NCBI GenBank assembly: GCA_051866635.1 | Contig: JBJDXJ010000038.1 | Location: 64,001 to 128,000 of the forward strand | Direction: 5' to 3' | DNA from: Clostridia bacterium | Lineage (GTDB): Bacteria; Bacillota; Clostridia; UMGS1883 | DNA length: 64,000 nucleotides | Shown here: positions 27,309-36,546 of the stretch, piece after piece | How the letters are laid out: each line of letters begins with the position of its first letter | How positions within the stretch are numbered: position 1 is the first letter of the stretch | Notes under the pieces: model-generated | Seen by the model: only the letters and a program-made list of their open reading frames with translations | Database searches by the model: none | What the model was told of the DNA's origin: nothing | Made by a program: the position numbers and the translations under genes

Positions 27309-27558
27309 TAATGAGGTAATAATGAAAAATCAAGACGGGGTGCGGACATATTCTTGGACTTTAAAAGGAGTAAATAAATATGTCGCACCCCGTCTCGGCT
27401 GTTCGTTCTTTGGCTCTTTAATCGTATCTACAGAGGCTCATTGTCAAGTAAACCATGGAATAAATGAGAAAACTCAAGGATTGTTACTATTTATTCCGTA
27501 TTTTGCAGCTTTTCCTGACTGTTTTTTTGAGAGGACGCTATTTTATCACTACATTTTA

Positions 27559-27587
27559 TTGACAAATCCTGTTTTCTTCTATAGAAT
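27559..27587 (+). promoter_or_regulatory. Sigma-A promoter for the large LRR gene
   Basis: TTGACA-17 bp-TAGAAT. Confidence 0.7.
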
Positions 27588-27630
27588 AAAATACAGATAA
27601 GTATTGGAAAATTTGAAAGGATGGTGCAAT

Positions 27631-30600
27631 ATGAAAAAACTGGTTTCAATTATTCTGGTTGCCCTTATGGTTCTGTCATTTGTCCCTTCGGTTGGGGCAG
27701 CGTATGTAGCTTACAGCGGAACTTGCGGCGACAATGTCACATGGGAATTGGATGATGAAGGTGTTTTGACCATTTCAGGTATCGGTGCCATGGATGATTA
27801 TAGTTGGTCATCTTCTGACTTACGAGCTCCATGGTCAAAGTACCGTTCCGTGATTGAAAAGGTTATTATAAGAAACGGTGTAACAAGGATAGGCGAGTCA
27901 GCTTTTGACGGCGAATCCTATAGCTATTTGACGGAAGTAACAATCCCTGACAGTGTAAAAAGTATAGGTAATTATGGATTCTATGCTTGCTCTTTTATTA
28001 GTGATGTTTACTATGAAGGTACAGAAGATGAATGGAAAGATATTTCTGTTTATTCGGGAAATACAACACTGAAAAAAGCAAATATTCATTATAACTCATC
28101 AATGGAGGTAGGCGGTAAATGCGGTGAAGAAGCTTATTGGAAGTTTTTTGACGGTGTGCTGACAATCTACGGCAAAGGTGTAATGGATGACTACACCTCA
28201 ATACAGGAAACATCCTGGTACAGTTATGTAAGTGAAATTAAAAAGGTTGTTATCGAAAACGGTATTACAACAGTAGGTGCATATGCATTTTCAGCGTTAA
28301 CACAGCTTAAGGAAATTGATTTTGGTAATACAGTTGAATACATAAAAGATTGTGCCTTTTACAAATGTACAAAGCTTGAAGAGTTGAATTTACCCCAAAG
28401 TTTAAAAGATATTAAAAAAGGTGGCTTTGGCTATTGCATTTTGTTAAAGGAAGTTACACTTCCTGAAAATGTTGTTGCATTGGGCGCGGCTTCCTTCGGC
28501 AACTGTATAGCTTTGGAAAAGGTAATACTTTCAGAACGTATTTTTGCTATGGGAACAGGTGCCTTTGCATATTGTAAATCACTTAAAGAAGTTGTAATCC
28601 CTGCAGAGATGACAGTACTGTCTAAAAATTTATTCGCAGGATGCACAAGTTTGGAATATGTATATATACATAGTGGTATTGAAACTATTTCCGAAGGTGT
28701 TTTTTACGGATGTAAAAATCTTAAAGAGGTGACAATACCTAAAAGTGTAACATCTATTGAGGTAGACTCCTTTTATAACTGTAAAGCCGTTTTAAGTGTT
28801 GTGAAGGGTTCCTATGCCGAAACTTATGCAAAAGAACAGGGCATGAACTATGTATATTTTGTTGGTACACTTCTTTCCATCCAAGTTATAGGTGATGATG
28901 GAGAAGAGTTGAAGGATGGATATACTGTTAATTGGTATGTTCAGGGTACTGACAATGCGGTAGGTCAAGGACCGGAAATCTCGGTGGAAGATACAACAAA
29001 AACCTACGAATGTAAGATTGACTTTGACGAGGATTTAGCTTTAACATATTACCGCTTAAATGAAAGAATAACCGTAGAGTCAACTGATAGAAAGGTCTGG
29101 TTAAAAGCCATTCCTACGGTAGCTTTGGAAGGTGTTGTAACCGATATTGACGGCGAACCTTTGGACGGTGTTTCAGTCCGGGTTGAACAAGACTTCAGCA
29201 TGGGCGTTGAAAAGACAGAAAGTGCGGCTACAGGAAATGATGGATTGTACAGCAAGGACGTAAAGCTTGTACCTACACGTGTCACGTTTTCAAAGGACGG
29301 ATATTATTCAAAAACTATCAACGTAATAGATTATGACAACATATTTGACAGAGAAGCAGGTTCAGAAGTTGTTCTTGACAAATTGCCTGACAGTAAAATA
29401 AAAATGTCCTATGTGGTTAATTCCCTTAAAGAAGACGGAGAGGATATAGAGCAGTTTATATATAATGATATAGCATATTTTGATTATCTATTATATAACA
29501 ACACTGAGGATTGTGAAATTACTGAGTATTCATACGAGCATCCCTATTTTGTAATAGATTCGGGCGTTGCAAAAGAAGGTGATGAAATCACCCTTTCAAT
29601 TACAGATGCACAAAATATTGTAACAGCAGATGATATCACATTTGTGTTGGGTGAAGCAGGCAGTGCGGAAGTTACGGCAGAACTTTTGTATAACGGATGT
29701 TTCAAGGCAGATGTTTTCTCGGAGAATGAAACAATTGTTATTGTTTTTGATAAGACAGGTGAATTTATAAAGACTTATTTTGTACAAGGCACCAAATTTA
29801 AGTCCTCCAATTTGCCCGAAGGTGATTATACAGCAGTATTTTTGAAAAAGACACAGTATTTTTCAAAGGTAGAGTCTTTGGGAAAACTTAGTGAAATCGG
29901 TCTTAAAGAAACTGACTATGTTTTGAAAAATGTAACAGTTGAAAAGGGGAAAATAAATGCGTTAGGTGATGTTAATGTTCCCGATTTTGACGAAGAGCTG
30001 CTATATTGCACCGAATATGCAAGTGTGGTAAATAACAGCTATCAGGCCGTAACAGGTCAGCTTATACAGATTGATGCAAAATACAAGGTTAAAGACGGCT
30101 ATGAAACAGGTGGTGAAAAACTTGTATTTGAACTGCCTGAAAATATAAGCCTTGTTTCAAAGAGCGTGGTTGTAAATTCCCAAGTGGCAAATTATGAAAC
30201 ACAGGGAAATAAAGTTACGGTTTATACTAACACAAATGAAGCAAAGGTACGTTTTTATGTGACAAGTAATGTTTCGGGAGAATATGCAATAACTGGCTAT
30301 ATTGACTGCAAGACAGACCAAAACAACATTATTAAGCCCATAGGCACATGTACCCTTAATGTTACAAATGCCGATATCAGTGTGCCAGAACGCACAAACA
30401 AAAGCAGCGTTACTGTCAGTGGTGTAGCCATGGCAGACAGCACTGTAACAGTGTATGACAACTATAAAAAGGTTGGAACAACAACGACAAACGGTAATGG
30501 TAACTGGAGTTTGACATTCAATCTTCCTAACGGTGACTATTCATACTACTACCACACTATTTACGCAACTATTACAAATCCAAAGTATGCAGGCTGTGTT

Positions 30601-33555
30601 GTGACAAAGACAAAGGTATTGGAATATATAAAGACAAATTCTGTTGGAAGCGGCATATATATTACAAGGATTGATATGAACAGCGGAATTTCAGGTTATG
30701 AAGAATGTAATAACGTAATTTTTGACTTTAAGAAAAATACATCTTTGAATTTGGACGGAAGAAAATATTACAGTGTTCTTACAAATGACACATTTACATT
30801 TAACATTAAGTTTAATGAAAATTCAAAGGACCTTAAAAATGTTATTCTTCATGTTCTTAAAGACAACGGAAGTGTAAGTAATCACGAAGCAACATATAAC
30901 AGTATTACCGACACATGGATGGTCAAAGCCAAATTTTACGGCGATGCTCCCGTTAATGTAAACGTATCCTTTGACGTACCCTCTTATAATACAATTGAAG
31001 ACAGCGTTATTCAGAACGAAGCTATGAATATAACAGGGCAGTGCAGAGATGTAATTGATGCTTCTCTTGATGTGCTTGCAGAAAATGGTTCAAGTTACCT
31101 TACATACACAAAGAGTGTTGATTCTAACGGAAAAATCGTATATACAGCACAAAATCCTGTTACGGGAAAAAAGCTGTGGGACGTAAAATTCAGTAACCGT
31201 AATTACGGCAAGGCATGGAGCGATGTGGGAACGGATAATTTCATAAATAAATTATCTGTTCCGGGCATCTATAGTTGTTATTACGGCATTAAAGCAACAG
31301 ATACAGGCTTTGAACATATACTTCTTAGCGGTAAAGCGGCAATAAGTATTGAGGTTGACTATTCAAATATTCTTAACGAACAGGGCGAAGATACAACAAT
31401 TTATGATTTGTTTACAACAAATGCGGAAGTATTGCCCTTTGTTAAACAGATACTGGGCCAATCCAATGCCAAGTATATGGAAACGGTAATTTCACAGCTC
31501 AATGGACAGTACAGTGACTTATACAGCGAACTGTTGGCACTTATAAATTCCAAAAATGCGTACGGTTCTTATGTAATTGAAGAAGCTGAACGTGAAAAGC
31601 TTACAAAGGAACTTGAAGAATTAAGAACAGGTTCTAAAACCTATGTGGACGAAACTAAGAAAATCGTCGGTGAATACTTAAATGCAATGTTATCGGCAAC
31701 TCTTGTTTCATCTACAGTTGAAGCTGTATTAAATTCTGAGCAATTTGACTCTTCCGATTTTGTATCAACTTGGAACGAAATGGAGGAAGGTATGGTTGAC
31801 GGCGTCCTTCAGAAAGAGTTAATCGTACCTGATTCAACAGAAGCTTTATTGGGAAATGCAAAAACAGTGCTTAAGGAAAGCGACAGTGTTATCCGTTCCT
31901 TAATCTTTAAGACAGGCAGCGAAGAAGCGGAAAGGAATTTTGACAGCTATTTCAGATTTGGCGATAAAGAAACACTGCTTAAGAATAAGCTTAGTTTAGA
32001 AGCGGATATTTATAAGGCAAATTATTATGTATCATATTTAAGAGGTATAGTAAATACAGATATCACAAATCTTCGCCTGAAAATAAGAGAGACTCTTGGT
32101 GATGGTGTTTATGCCCATTATGATAATAAGAAATTTGTTCTTCCCAATATTGGCGTACACCGAGACCCCTTCGGTTATGTTTACGAAGCGGTACCTTCAA
32201 ACCGTTTGGAAGGCGTAACTGCCACAGTATACTACAAGGATGAAAATGGTGTTGCAGTTAAGTGGGACGCAGAAAATTACGACCAGATTAACCCCCATAT
32301 AACCGATGGCTTAGGACAGTATTCATGGATGGTTCCCACGGGCGAATGGAAGGTTGTTTACGAAAAGGACGGCTATGAGGTGATGGAAACCGAATGGCTC
32401 CCCGTTCCGCCACCCCAGATGGATGTAAATGTCTCCCTCACATCCCTTCTTGCACCTACGGTTGAAACTGTAAATGCATATGAAGACAAGGTGGAAATCA
32501 GATTTAGTCAGTATATGAATATTGATTCTGTAAATACTTCTGCCGTTAAAATTATTATGAATAATCAAGCAGTTACAGGAACGATTACACCTAAAAATGC
32601 AGAAAGCACCTTAAATGATGAAAATGTTAAGTACGCAAGCGTATTTGAATTTATCTGTGACAGCGAAATTTCAGGCAACATAGTTGTGGAAGTGGCAGAT
32701 GTTATAAACTATGCAGGTACAAAGATGGATTCTTCATATAGTGAAGAAAGTAAGGTTTATGTTGAACCTAAGATGATATCAGTACCGGAAAGCGTAACAA
32801 TGAACTTTAATGAAAGTAAGTTTATTGAAATTCAGGTGCTTCCCAAAGAAGCAGGTGCTAACCTTAATCTTAGCGTTCTGTCAAGCTCTGATGATATTGT
32901 TTCTGTTTCGGAAGAAAATGTTGTAACAGATGAAAACGGTAAAGCGACTATACTTCTTGAAAGTAGTCTCATTGGTGATGCATTCATAACAATCAGCATT
33001 GACGGAACAGATGTTGAAAAAACAATAGAAGTTTTCGTAGAAGCCGGCAAGGCAGAAGAAGCATTACAGTGTGAAAAGGTTAAGGCAAATTTTGAAAGCG
33101 GAACTGTTGAAAAGGGTGCAGTTGTCAACCTCTTTACAGAAACAGATGGTGCTGACATCTATTACACATTGGACGGAACAGATCCTTCCGATGAAGAAAA
33201 TACTTCAAGAACTCTGTATACGGAAGCTATAAAGATAACGGAAAATACCGTTATTATGGCATGTGCAGTAAAGGAGGGTTATACCGCAAGCCAGGTGGCG
33301 GCATTTAACTACAAGGTTGATCTTAAAGCTGTCGTTGTGGTGGCAGAAGGCTATTACAATACTGAAAATACGCTTATAATGGCGGCATATTCAAATGACA
33401 ATGTTCTTGTTGCACAGAAAACATTTAAACCAAGCGGAACAGGCTACGATGAAGTAATATTGGAATCCGATGAACCCATAAGCTATACAAAGGTAATGGA
33501 ATGGAACAGCTTAGGCAAAATGGTTCCCGCATCTGAAAGCGTGGTTTCACATTAA
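27631..33555 (+). CDS. Large secreted BspA-LRR surface protein with carboxypeptidase-regulatory-like/Ig and Fn3-associated domains
   Basis: Signal peptide; SGTCGDNVTW..GVLTISGxGAM caps; LRR units; DPFGYVYEAVPSNRLEGV; IYYTLDGTDP; start placed at ATG 27631. Confidence 0.85.
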   Translation: MKKLVSIILVALMVLSFVPSVGAAYVAYSGTCGDNVTWELDDEGVLTISGIGAMDDYSWSSSDLRAPWSKYRSVIEKVIIRNGVTRIGESAFDGESYSYLTEVTIPDSVKSIGNYGFYACSFISDVYYEGTEDEWKDISVYSGNTTLKKANIHYNSSMEVGGKCGEEAYWKFFDGVLTIYGKGVMDDYTSIQETSWYSYVSEIKKVVIENGITTVGAYAFSALTQLKEIDFGNTVEYIKDCAFYKCTKLEELNLPQSLKDIKKGGFGYCILLKEVTLPENVVALGAASFGNCIALEKVILSERIFAMGTGAFAYCKSLKEVVIPAEMTVLSKNLFAGCTSLEYVYIHSGIETISEGVFYGCKNLKEVTIPKSVTSIEVDSFYNCKAVLSVVKGSYAETYAKEQGMNYVYFVGTLLSIQVIGDDGEELKDGYTVNWYVQGTDNAVGQGPEISVEDTTKTYECKIDFDEDLALTYYRLNERITVESTDRKVWLKAIPTVALEGVVTDIDGEPLDGVSVRVEQDFSMGVEKTESAATGNDGLYSKDVKLVPTRVTFSKDGYYSKTINVIDYDNIFDREAGSEVVLDKLPDSKIKMSYVVNSLKEDGEDIEQFIYNDIAYFDYLLYNNTEDCEITEYSYEHPYFVIDSGVAKEGDEITLSITDAQNIVTADDITFVLGEAGSAEVTAELLYNGCFKADVFSENETIVIVFDKTGEFIKTYFVQGTKFKSSNLPEGDYTAVFLKKTQYFSKVESLGKLSEIGLKETDYVLKNVTVEKGKINALGDVNVPDFDEELLYCTEYASVVNNSYQAVTGQLIQIDAKYKVKDGYETGGEKLVFELPENISLVSKSVVVNSQVANYETQGNKVTVYTNTNEAKVRFYVTSNVSGEYAITGYIDCKTDQNNIIKPIGTCTLNVTNADISVPERTNKSSVTVSGVAMADSTVTVYDNYKKVGTTTTNGNGNWSLTFNLPNGDYSYYYHTIYATITNPKYAGCVVTKTKVLEYIKTNSVGSGIYITRIDMNSGISGYEECNNVIFDFKKNTSLNLDGRKYYSVLTNDTFTFNIKFNENSKDLKNVILHVLKDNGSVSNHEATYNSITDTWMVKAKFYGDAPVNVNVSFDVPSYNTIEDSVIQNEAMNITGQCRDVIDASLDVLAENGSSYLTYTKSVDSNGKIVYTAQNPVTGKKLWDVKFSNRNYGKAWSDVGTDNFINKLSVPGIYSCYYGIKATDTGFEHILLSGKAAISIEVDYSNILNEQGEDTTIYDLFTTNAEVLPFVKQILGQSNAKYMETVISQLNGQYSDLYSELLALINSKNAYGSYVIEEAEREKLTKELEELRTGSKTYVDETKKIVGEYLNAMLSATLVSSTVEAVLNSEQFDSSDFVSTWNEMEEGMVDGVLQKELIVPDSTEALLGNAKTVLKESDSVIRSLIFKTGSEEAERNFDSYFRFGDKETLLKNKLSLEADIYKANYYVSYLRGIVNTDITNLRLKIRETLGDGVYAHYDNKKFVLPNIGVHRDPFGYVYEAVPSNRLEGVTATVYYKDENGVAVKWDAENYDQINPHITDGLGQYSWMVPTGEWKVVYEKDGYEVMETEWLPVPPPQMDVNVSLTSLLAPTVETVNAYEDKVEIRFSQYMNIDSVNTSAVKIIMNNQAVTGTITPKNAESTLNDENVKYASVFEFICDSEISGNIVVEVADVINYAGTKMDSSYSEESKVYVEPKMISVPESVTMNFNESKFIEIQVLPKEAGANLNLSVLSSSDDIVSVSEENVVTDENGKATILLESSLIGDAFITISIDGTDVEKTIEVFVEAGKAEEALQCEKVKANFESGTVEKGAVVNLFTETDGADIYYTLDGTDPSDEENTSRTLYTEAIKITENTVIMACAVKEGYTASQVAAFNYKVDLKAVVVVAEGYYNTENTLIMAAYSNDNVLVAQKTFKPSGTGYDEVILESDEPISYTKVMEWNSLGKMVPASESVVSH

Positions 33556-33592
33556 AAAACTGGCTGTAGCAAAATAACAGCTCAAAAAAAAG

Positions 33593-33628
33593 AAAAAAGA
33601 AGTTCCCAAAATCGGGAACTTCTTTTTT
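33593..33628. terminator. Bidirectional terminator-like hairpin
   Basis: aaaaaagaagttccc-aaaatc-gggaacttctttttt. Confidence 0.7.
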
Positions 33629-33702
33629 CGTATAAACACTATTTACCACTGTGGACAGGTTCATTTTGGAGTTTACACAAAATCGGGGAAACACCATGTT
33701 TT

Positions 33703-33813
33703 TCAGCGACTAAAGGTTGTAGCAAAATTGCTGCGACCTTTAATGTTATCACAAATGGTAGTAGTTTCAACTGTGAAATCAACAGCTAACACTTTAATCG
33801 TTTTGTTATCCAT
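33703..33813 (-). pseudogene. Truncated four-helix-bundle (S23/IVS-protein family-like) gene fragment
   Basis: aaaggag SD then MDNKTIKVLAVDFTVETTTICDNIKGRS-NFATTFSR*. The first 28 aa resemble, from recall, the N-terminus of clostridial four-helix-bundle proteins; the expected following QLLRSxxSIGAN helix is absent. Too short for the ORF track. Confidence 0.55.
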
Positions 33814-33828
33814 TGTAAAAACTCCTTT

Positions 33829-34018
33829 AGCGATATACTCGCTTTGCTCGTACGATATATTTGCCATTGCAAATGCGATATAACCTCATTTTATTCGGTT
33901 TTGATATGATATAAATCCCTTGCGTGTTCCGCAGAACATATCGCGTGTGTTAACACATATCGCACCGAAGGCATATCGCAAATCCGAAGGATTTATATCG
34001 TTGCTGCGATACGCAACA
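33829..34018. repeat. Structured palindromic repeat element
   Basis: Four (c/t)GATATA motifs followed by four ATATCG motifs, separated by small hairpins (gttccgcagaac, gtgttaacac, ccgaagg, aaatccgaaggattt). Confidence 0.7.
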
Positions 34019-34939
34019 CTAATTTACAGGTACATAGCCTGCATCTTCTATAATTTTACTGCCACGGGAGGATAAAACAGCGTCAACCCATTTTAATGTG
34101 TTTTCGTCAGCATCTGCTCTTGTTACGATAAAGCCATTTGTATAAATGGGGTACTGTCCGCTTTTGATTGTTTCAATTGTGGGGTTAACTCCGTCAACTG
34201 CGAGCATTTTAATGGTGTCCCGTTTGTACATTGTGTTTACATAGTAAAAATATGAATAACCGATAGCATTTTTTGCGTTGTCATATTCGGCAACGGCGTC
34301 GATAAGTTCGCCCATCTCGCCCTGAACTTGGCTTGTGGGCGGCTCAATTATCAGCTTATCCTTCATAACTAAGCTGAGCATTGCCGTCTGACTGCCTGAA
34401 CCTGTAGGTCTTTGATAGGGGATAATCGGTGCATCTTCACCGCCAACCTCTGCCCAGGAGGTAATCTCACCTGTGTATATTTTTTGTATTTCCTCAAAGG
34501 TTAAGCCGTCAACAGGGTTTTCGGTGTTTACAATAAATACAAAGGCGGAGCTTGTTGCGGGGATAATATTTAACTGAACCCCTTTTTCATTTGCGTACTC
34601 TTTGTCCTCCTGACTTATTTCCGATGCAAATATAACATCAACCTTGCCGTCTATAAGGTTGTGGTAAACCTCACTTGAACGGGTGGTTGTGTATTCAAAA
34701 TTCAATTCGCTTTCATCCATGCCTAAAAAGTCTGCGGCGATGGAATTTACAAGTGGGTGAATAGCAAGGGATGCATCAACCTTAGGATAGTCCTCCAATG
34801 TAAAAAGGGGCAAAGCGTTAACCTCTGTGGGTTCTTCAGTTATGGGCGTTGTTGTGGCGGATTTATACCACAGTACACATCCTATAATAATTCCAACCAT
34901 AACTGCAATTGCCAAAAGTATTGCAATAAGTTTTTTCAT
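34019..34939 (-). CDS. PstS-like substrate-binding protein with N-terminal membrane anchor
   Basis: AFVFIVNTENPV, IYTGEITSW..VGG, QRPTGSGSQT, AIGYS, YPIY. Confidence 0.8.
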   Translation of the reverse strand: MKKLIAILLAIAVMVGIIIGCVLWYKSATTTPITEEPTEVNALPLFTLEDYPKVDASLAIHPLVNSIAADFLGMDESELNFEYTTTRSSEVYHNLIDGKVDVIFASEISQEDKEYANEKGVQLNIIPATSSAFVFIVNTENPVDGLTFEEIQKIYTGEITSWAEVGGEDAPIIPYQRPTGSGSQTAMLSLVMKDKLIIEPPTSQVQGEMGELIDAVAEYDNAKNAIGYSYFYYVNTMYKRDTIKMLAVDGVNPTIETIKSGQYPIYTNGFIVTRADADENTLKWVDAVLSSRGSKIIEDAGYVPVN

Positions 34940-34950
34940 GATAAATCCTC

Positions 34951-36468
34951 CTAATCAAATAATTTAAATGACTCTTTGTCAAAACGGTAAAAACTAATAT
35001 ATACATAAAAGTCGTCAATATTTGGTATTGTGGCAATTATGCTGTCGCCATTAAGTGTTATGACAGCATCAGATACGTCATAACCAAAGTAGCCGCTTTC
35101 CGCAAGCTGACTTATAATCTCATCTTCGATAATGTCCATATAGTTACTGTCAGGATAGAAAACGTCCTCCAAAGATGTAAGAGGCTCCTTTGTTATATAA
35201 TTATACAACTTAGTATCGTCTGCTGTCATAACAGTAGCACCTTCGGTTTCTTCGGTGTCAAGATAAACACCGCCTGCCATTGAAAAATATCTGTTACGAT
35301 AGGCGTCTATTATTTTGTTCTTGTATACAGACTCATAAAGCTCCATAGGCATTTGGAAAAACTGTATACTGTTATTTACCGTTGCCATGTCTGAATAATG
35401 GTTAATCCACTCTCCATTTACATGCTCCGATTTACTATACAACGTTATATTTGGCTTCATAAGTAATATGTGGAAATAATCGGGGTTGCTTTTGGCAGAA
35501 AGCCTGTATTCTTCTAATATGTCATGGCATTGAAGGTAAATACTTTCTCTAAAGCTCTTATACTTTTGAGATTGGTAATTATTAATATCATCATCTATGT
35601 AATCCTGCCATACAGTTATATCGTACCACATGTTTTCTTCTATATAACCGTATTCTATTTTGTCAAACATTTCGTAATGGGCATCCGCACAGGTAAATAT
35701 GTTTTTAAAGCCTTTATACTCACCTGTGAATATACTTTCCTCTGTCATATACTTGGAATATATAGCGACTTTATCATAAATGTCAACCATACTCACCTCT
35801 GCCATATAATTACTGGGGGAAAGATAAATTGCCGATGGTGAAAAGATAAATTCCTTATCTCCGTTCATGTAGCTTTTAACTAATTTATATAATTGGTTTT
35901 CATCAGGTGAGGCGAGGTATTCTTCATAGTCAAAGCCCTCGTAGTCCATGGAATCGAAAAAATCAGAAAAAGCGAGTGTATCATAAAATGCTGAACGCAC
36001 AACGGATATAATATCCGCATCCTTTACAAACAAATCTTCAAGCTGAAGAGGGCTTCCGTCCACAAGATTGTAGTTGAAATCCACCTGGTTGTATAAACTG
36101 TCACCTCCGATGTAAAGGCTTATAGATATAACATTGGCAAAATTTCCATAGGTGTAATAGCTTGAATAATCAATTTTTTCAAATTCCAAAAAGGCTTTTG
36201 TTGCTCTTTGGTAAATGTCGTTGTTTATTTTGTCCTGAATTGCAGTGTCTTTAAGCCCTTTTATTTGAGGTATCTCTACTTCGGTACCATTATAAACTTC
36301 AATTATTTTATCCACAAGTAAATCGTTTTGGTCATATGTAGCGTCCAGGTCAATTGTCTGTTCAATAGGTGTACTGTTCTTCTGGTTTATGCACCAATTT
36401 GTTACCCCAAATGCAATAAAAGCAAATACAAGCACAAGTGCTGTAAGTGATGCTGCAAGCCGTTTCAT
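34951..36468 (-). CDS. Membrane-anchored/secreted hypothetical protein (PdaC/DUF3298-like)
   Basis: N-terminal hydrophobic segment; IPQIKGLKD..IQDKIN, NYNLVDGSPLQLEDLF. Confidence 0.55.
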   Translation of the reverse strand: MKRLAASLTALVLVFAFIAFGVTNWCINQKNSTPIEQTIDLDATYDQNDLLVDKIIEVYNGTEVEIPQIKGLKDTAIQDKINNDIYQRATKAFLEFEKIDYSSYYTYGNFANVISISLYIGGDSLYNQVDFNYNLVDGSPLQLEDLFVKDADIISVVRSAFYDTLAFSDFFDSMDYEGFDYEEYLASPDENQLYKLVKSYMNGDKEFIFSPSAIYLSPSNYMAEVSMVDIYDKVAIYSKYMTEESIFTGEYKGFKNIFTCADAHYEMFDKIEYGYIEENMWYDITVWQDYIDDDINNYQSQKYKSFRESIYLQCHDILEEYRLSAKSNPDYFHILLMKPNITLYSKSEHVNGEWINHYSDMATVNNSIQFFQMPMELYESVYKNKIIDAYRNRYFSMAGGVYLDTEETEGATVMTADDTKLYNYITKEPLTSLEDVFYPDSNYMDIIEDEIISQLAESGYFGYDVSDAVITLNGDSIIATIPNIDDFYVYISFYRFDKESFKLFD

Positions 36469-36498
36469 AAAACCCCTCCCTTTTATAAATCCTATAGC

Positions 36499-36533
36499 AA
36501 AAAAAGCGGTGCCGCCTCAGGCTGCACCGCTTT
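36499..36533 (-). terminator. Terminator of the ABC ATPase gene
   Basis: aaagcggtgc...gcaccgc stem with a long T run on the minus strand. Confidence 0.75.
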
Positions 36534-36546
36534 GCTTTTCTTCGTC

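Noticed and set aside
27546-27554. tcactacat, a 9-bp match to the reverse complement of arm B near the end of the operon
   Set aside because: No partner arm or matching spacer; a 9-mer match is plausible by chance in AT-rich DNA.
27322-27600. 92-aa ORF
   Set aside because: Runs through a hairpin and the promoter of the next gene; no recognisable motifs.
33829-34018. CRISPR array or tRNA
   Set aside because: Repeats are 6-7 bp, switch orientation midway and lack regular spacers; no tRNA T-loop or acceptor stem; no cas genes.
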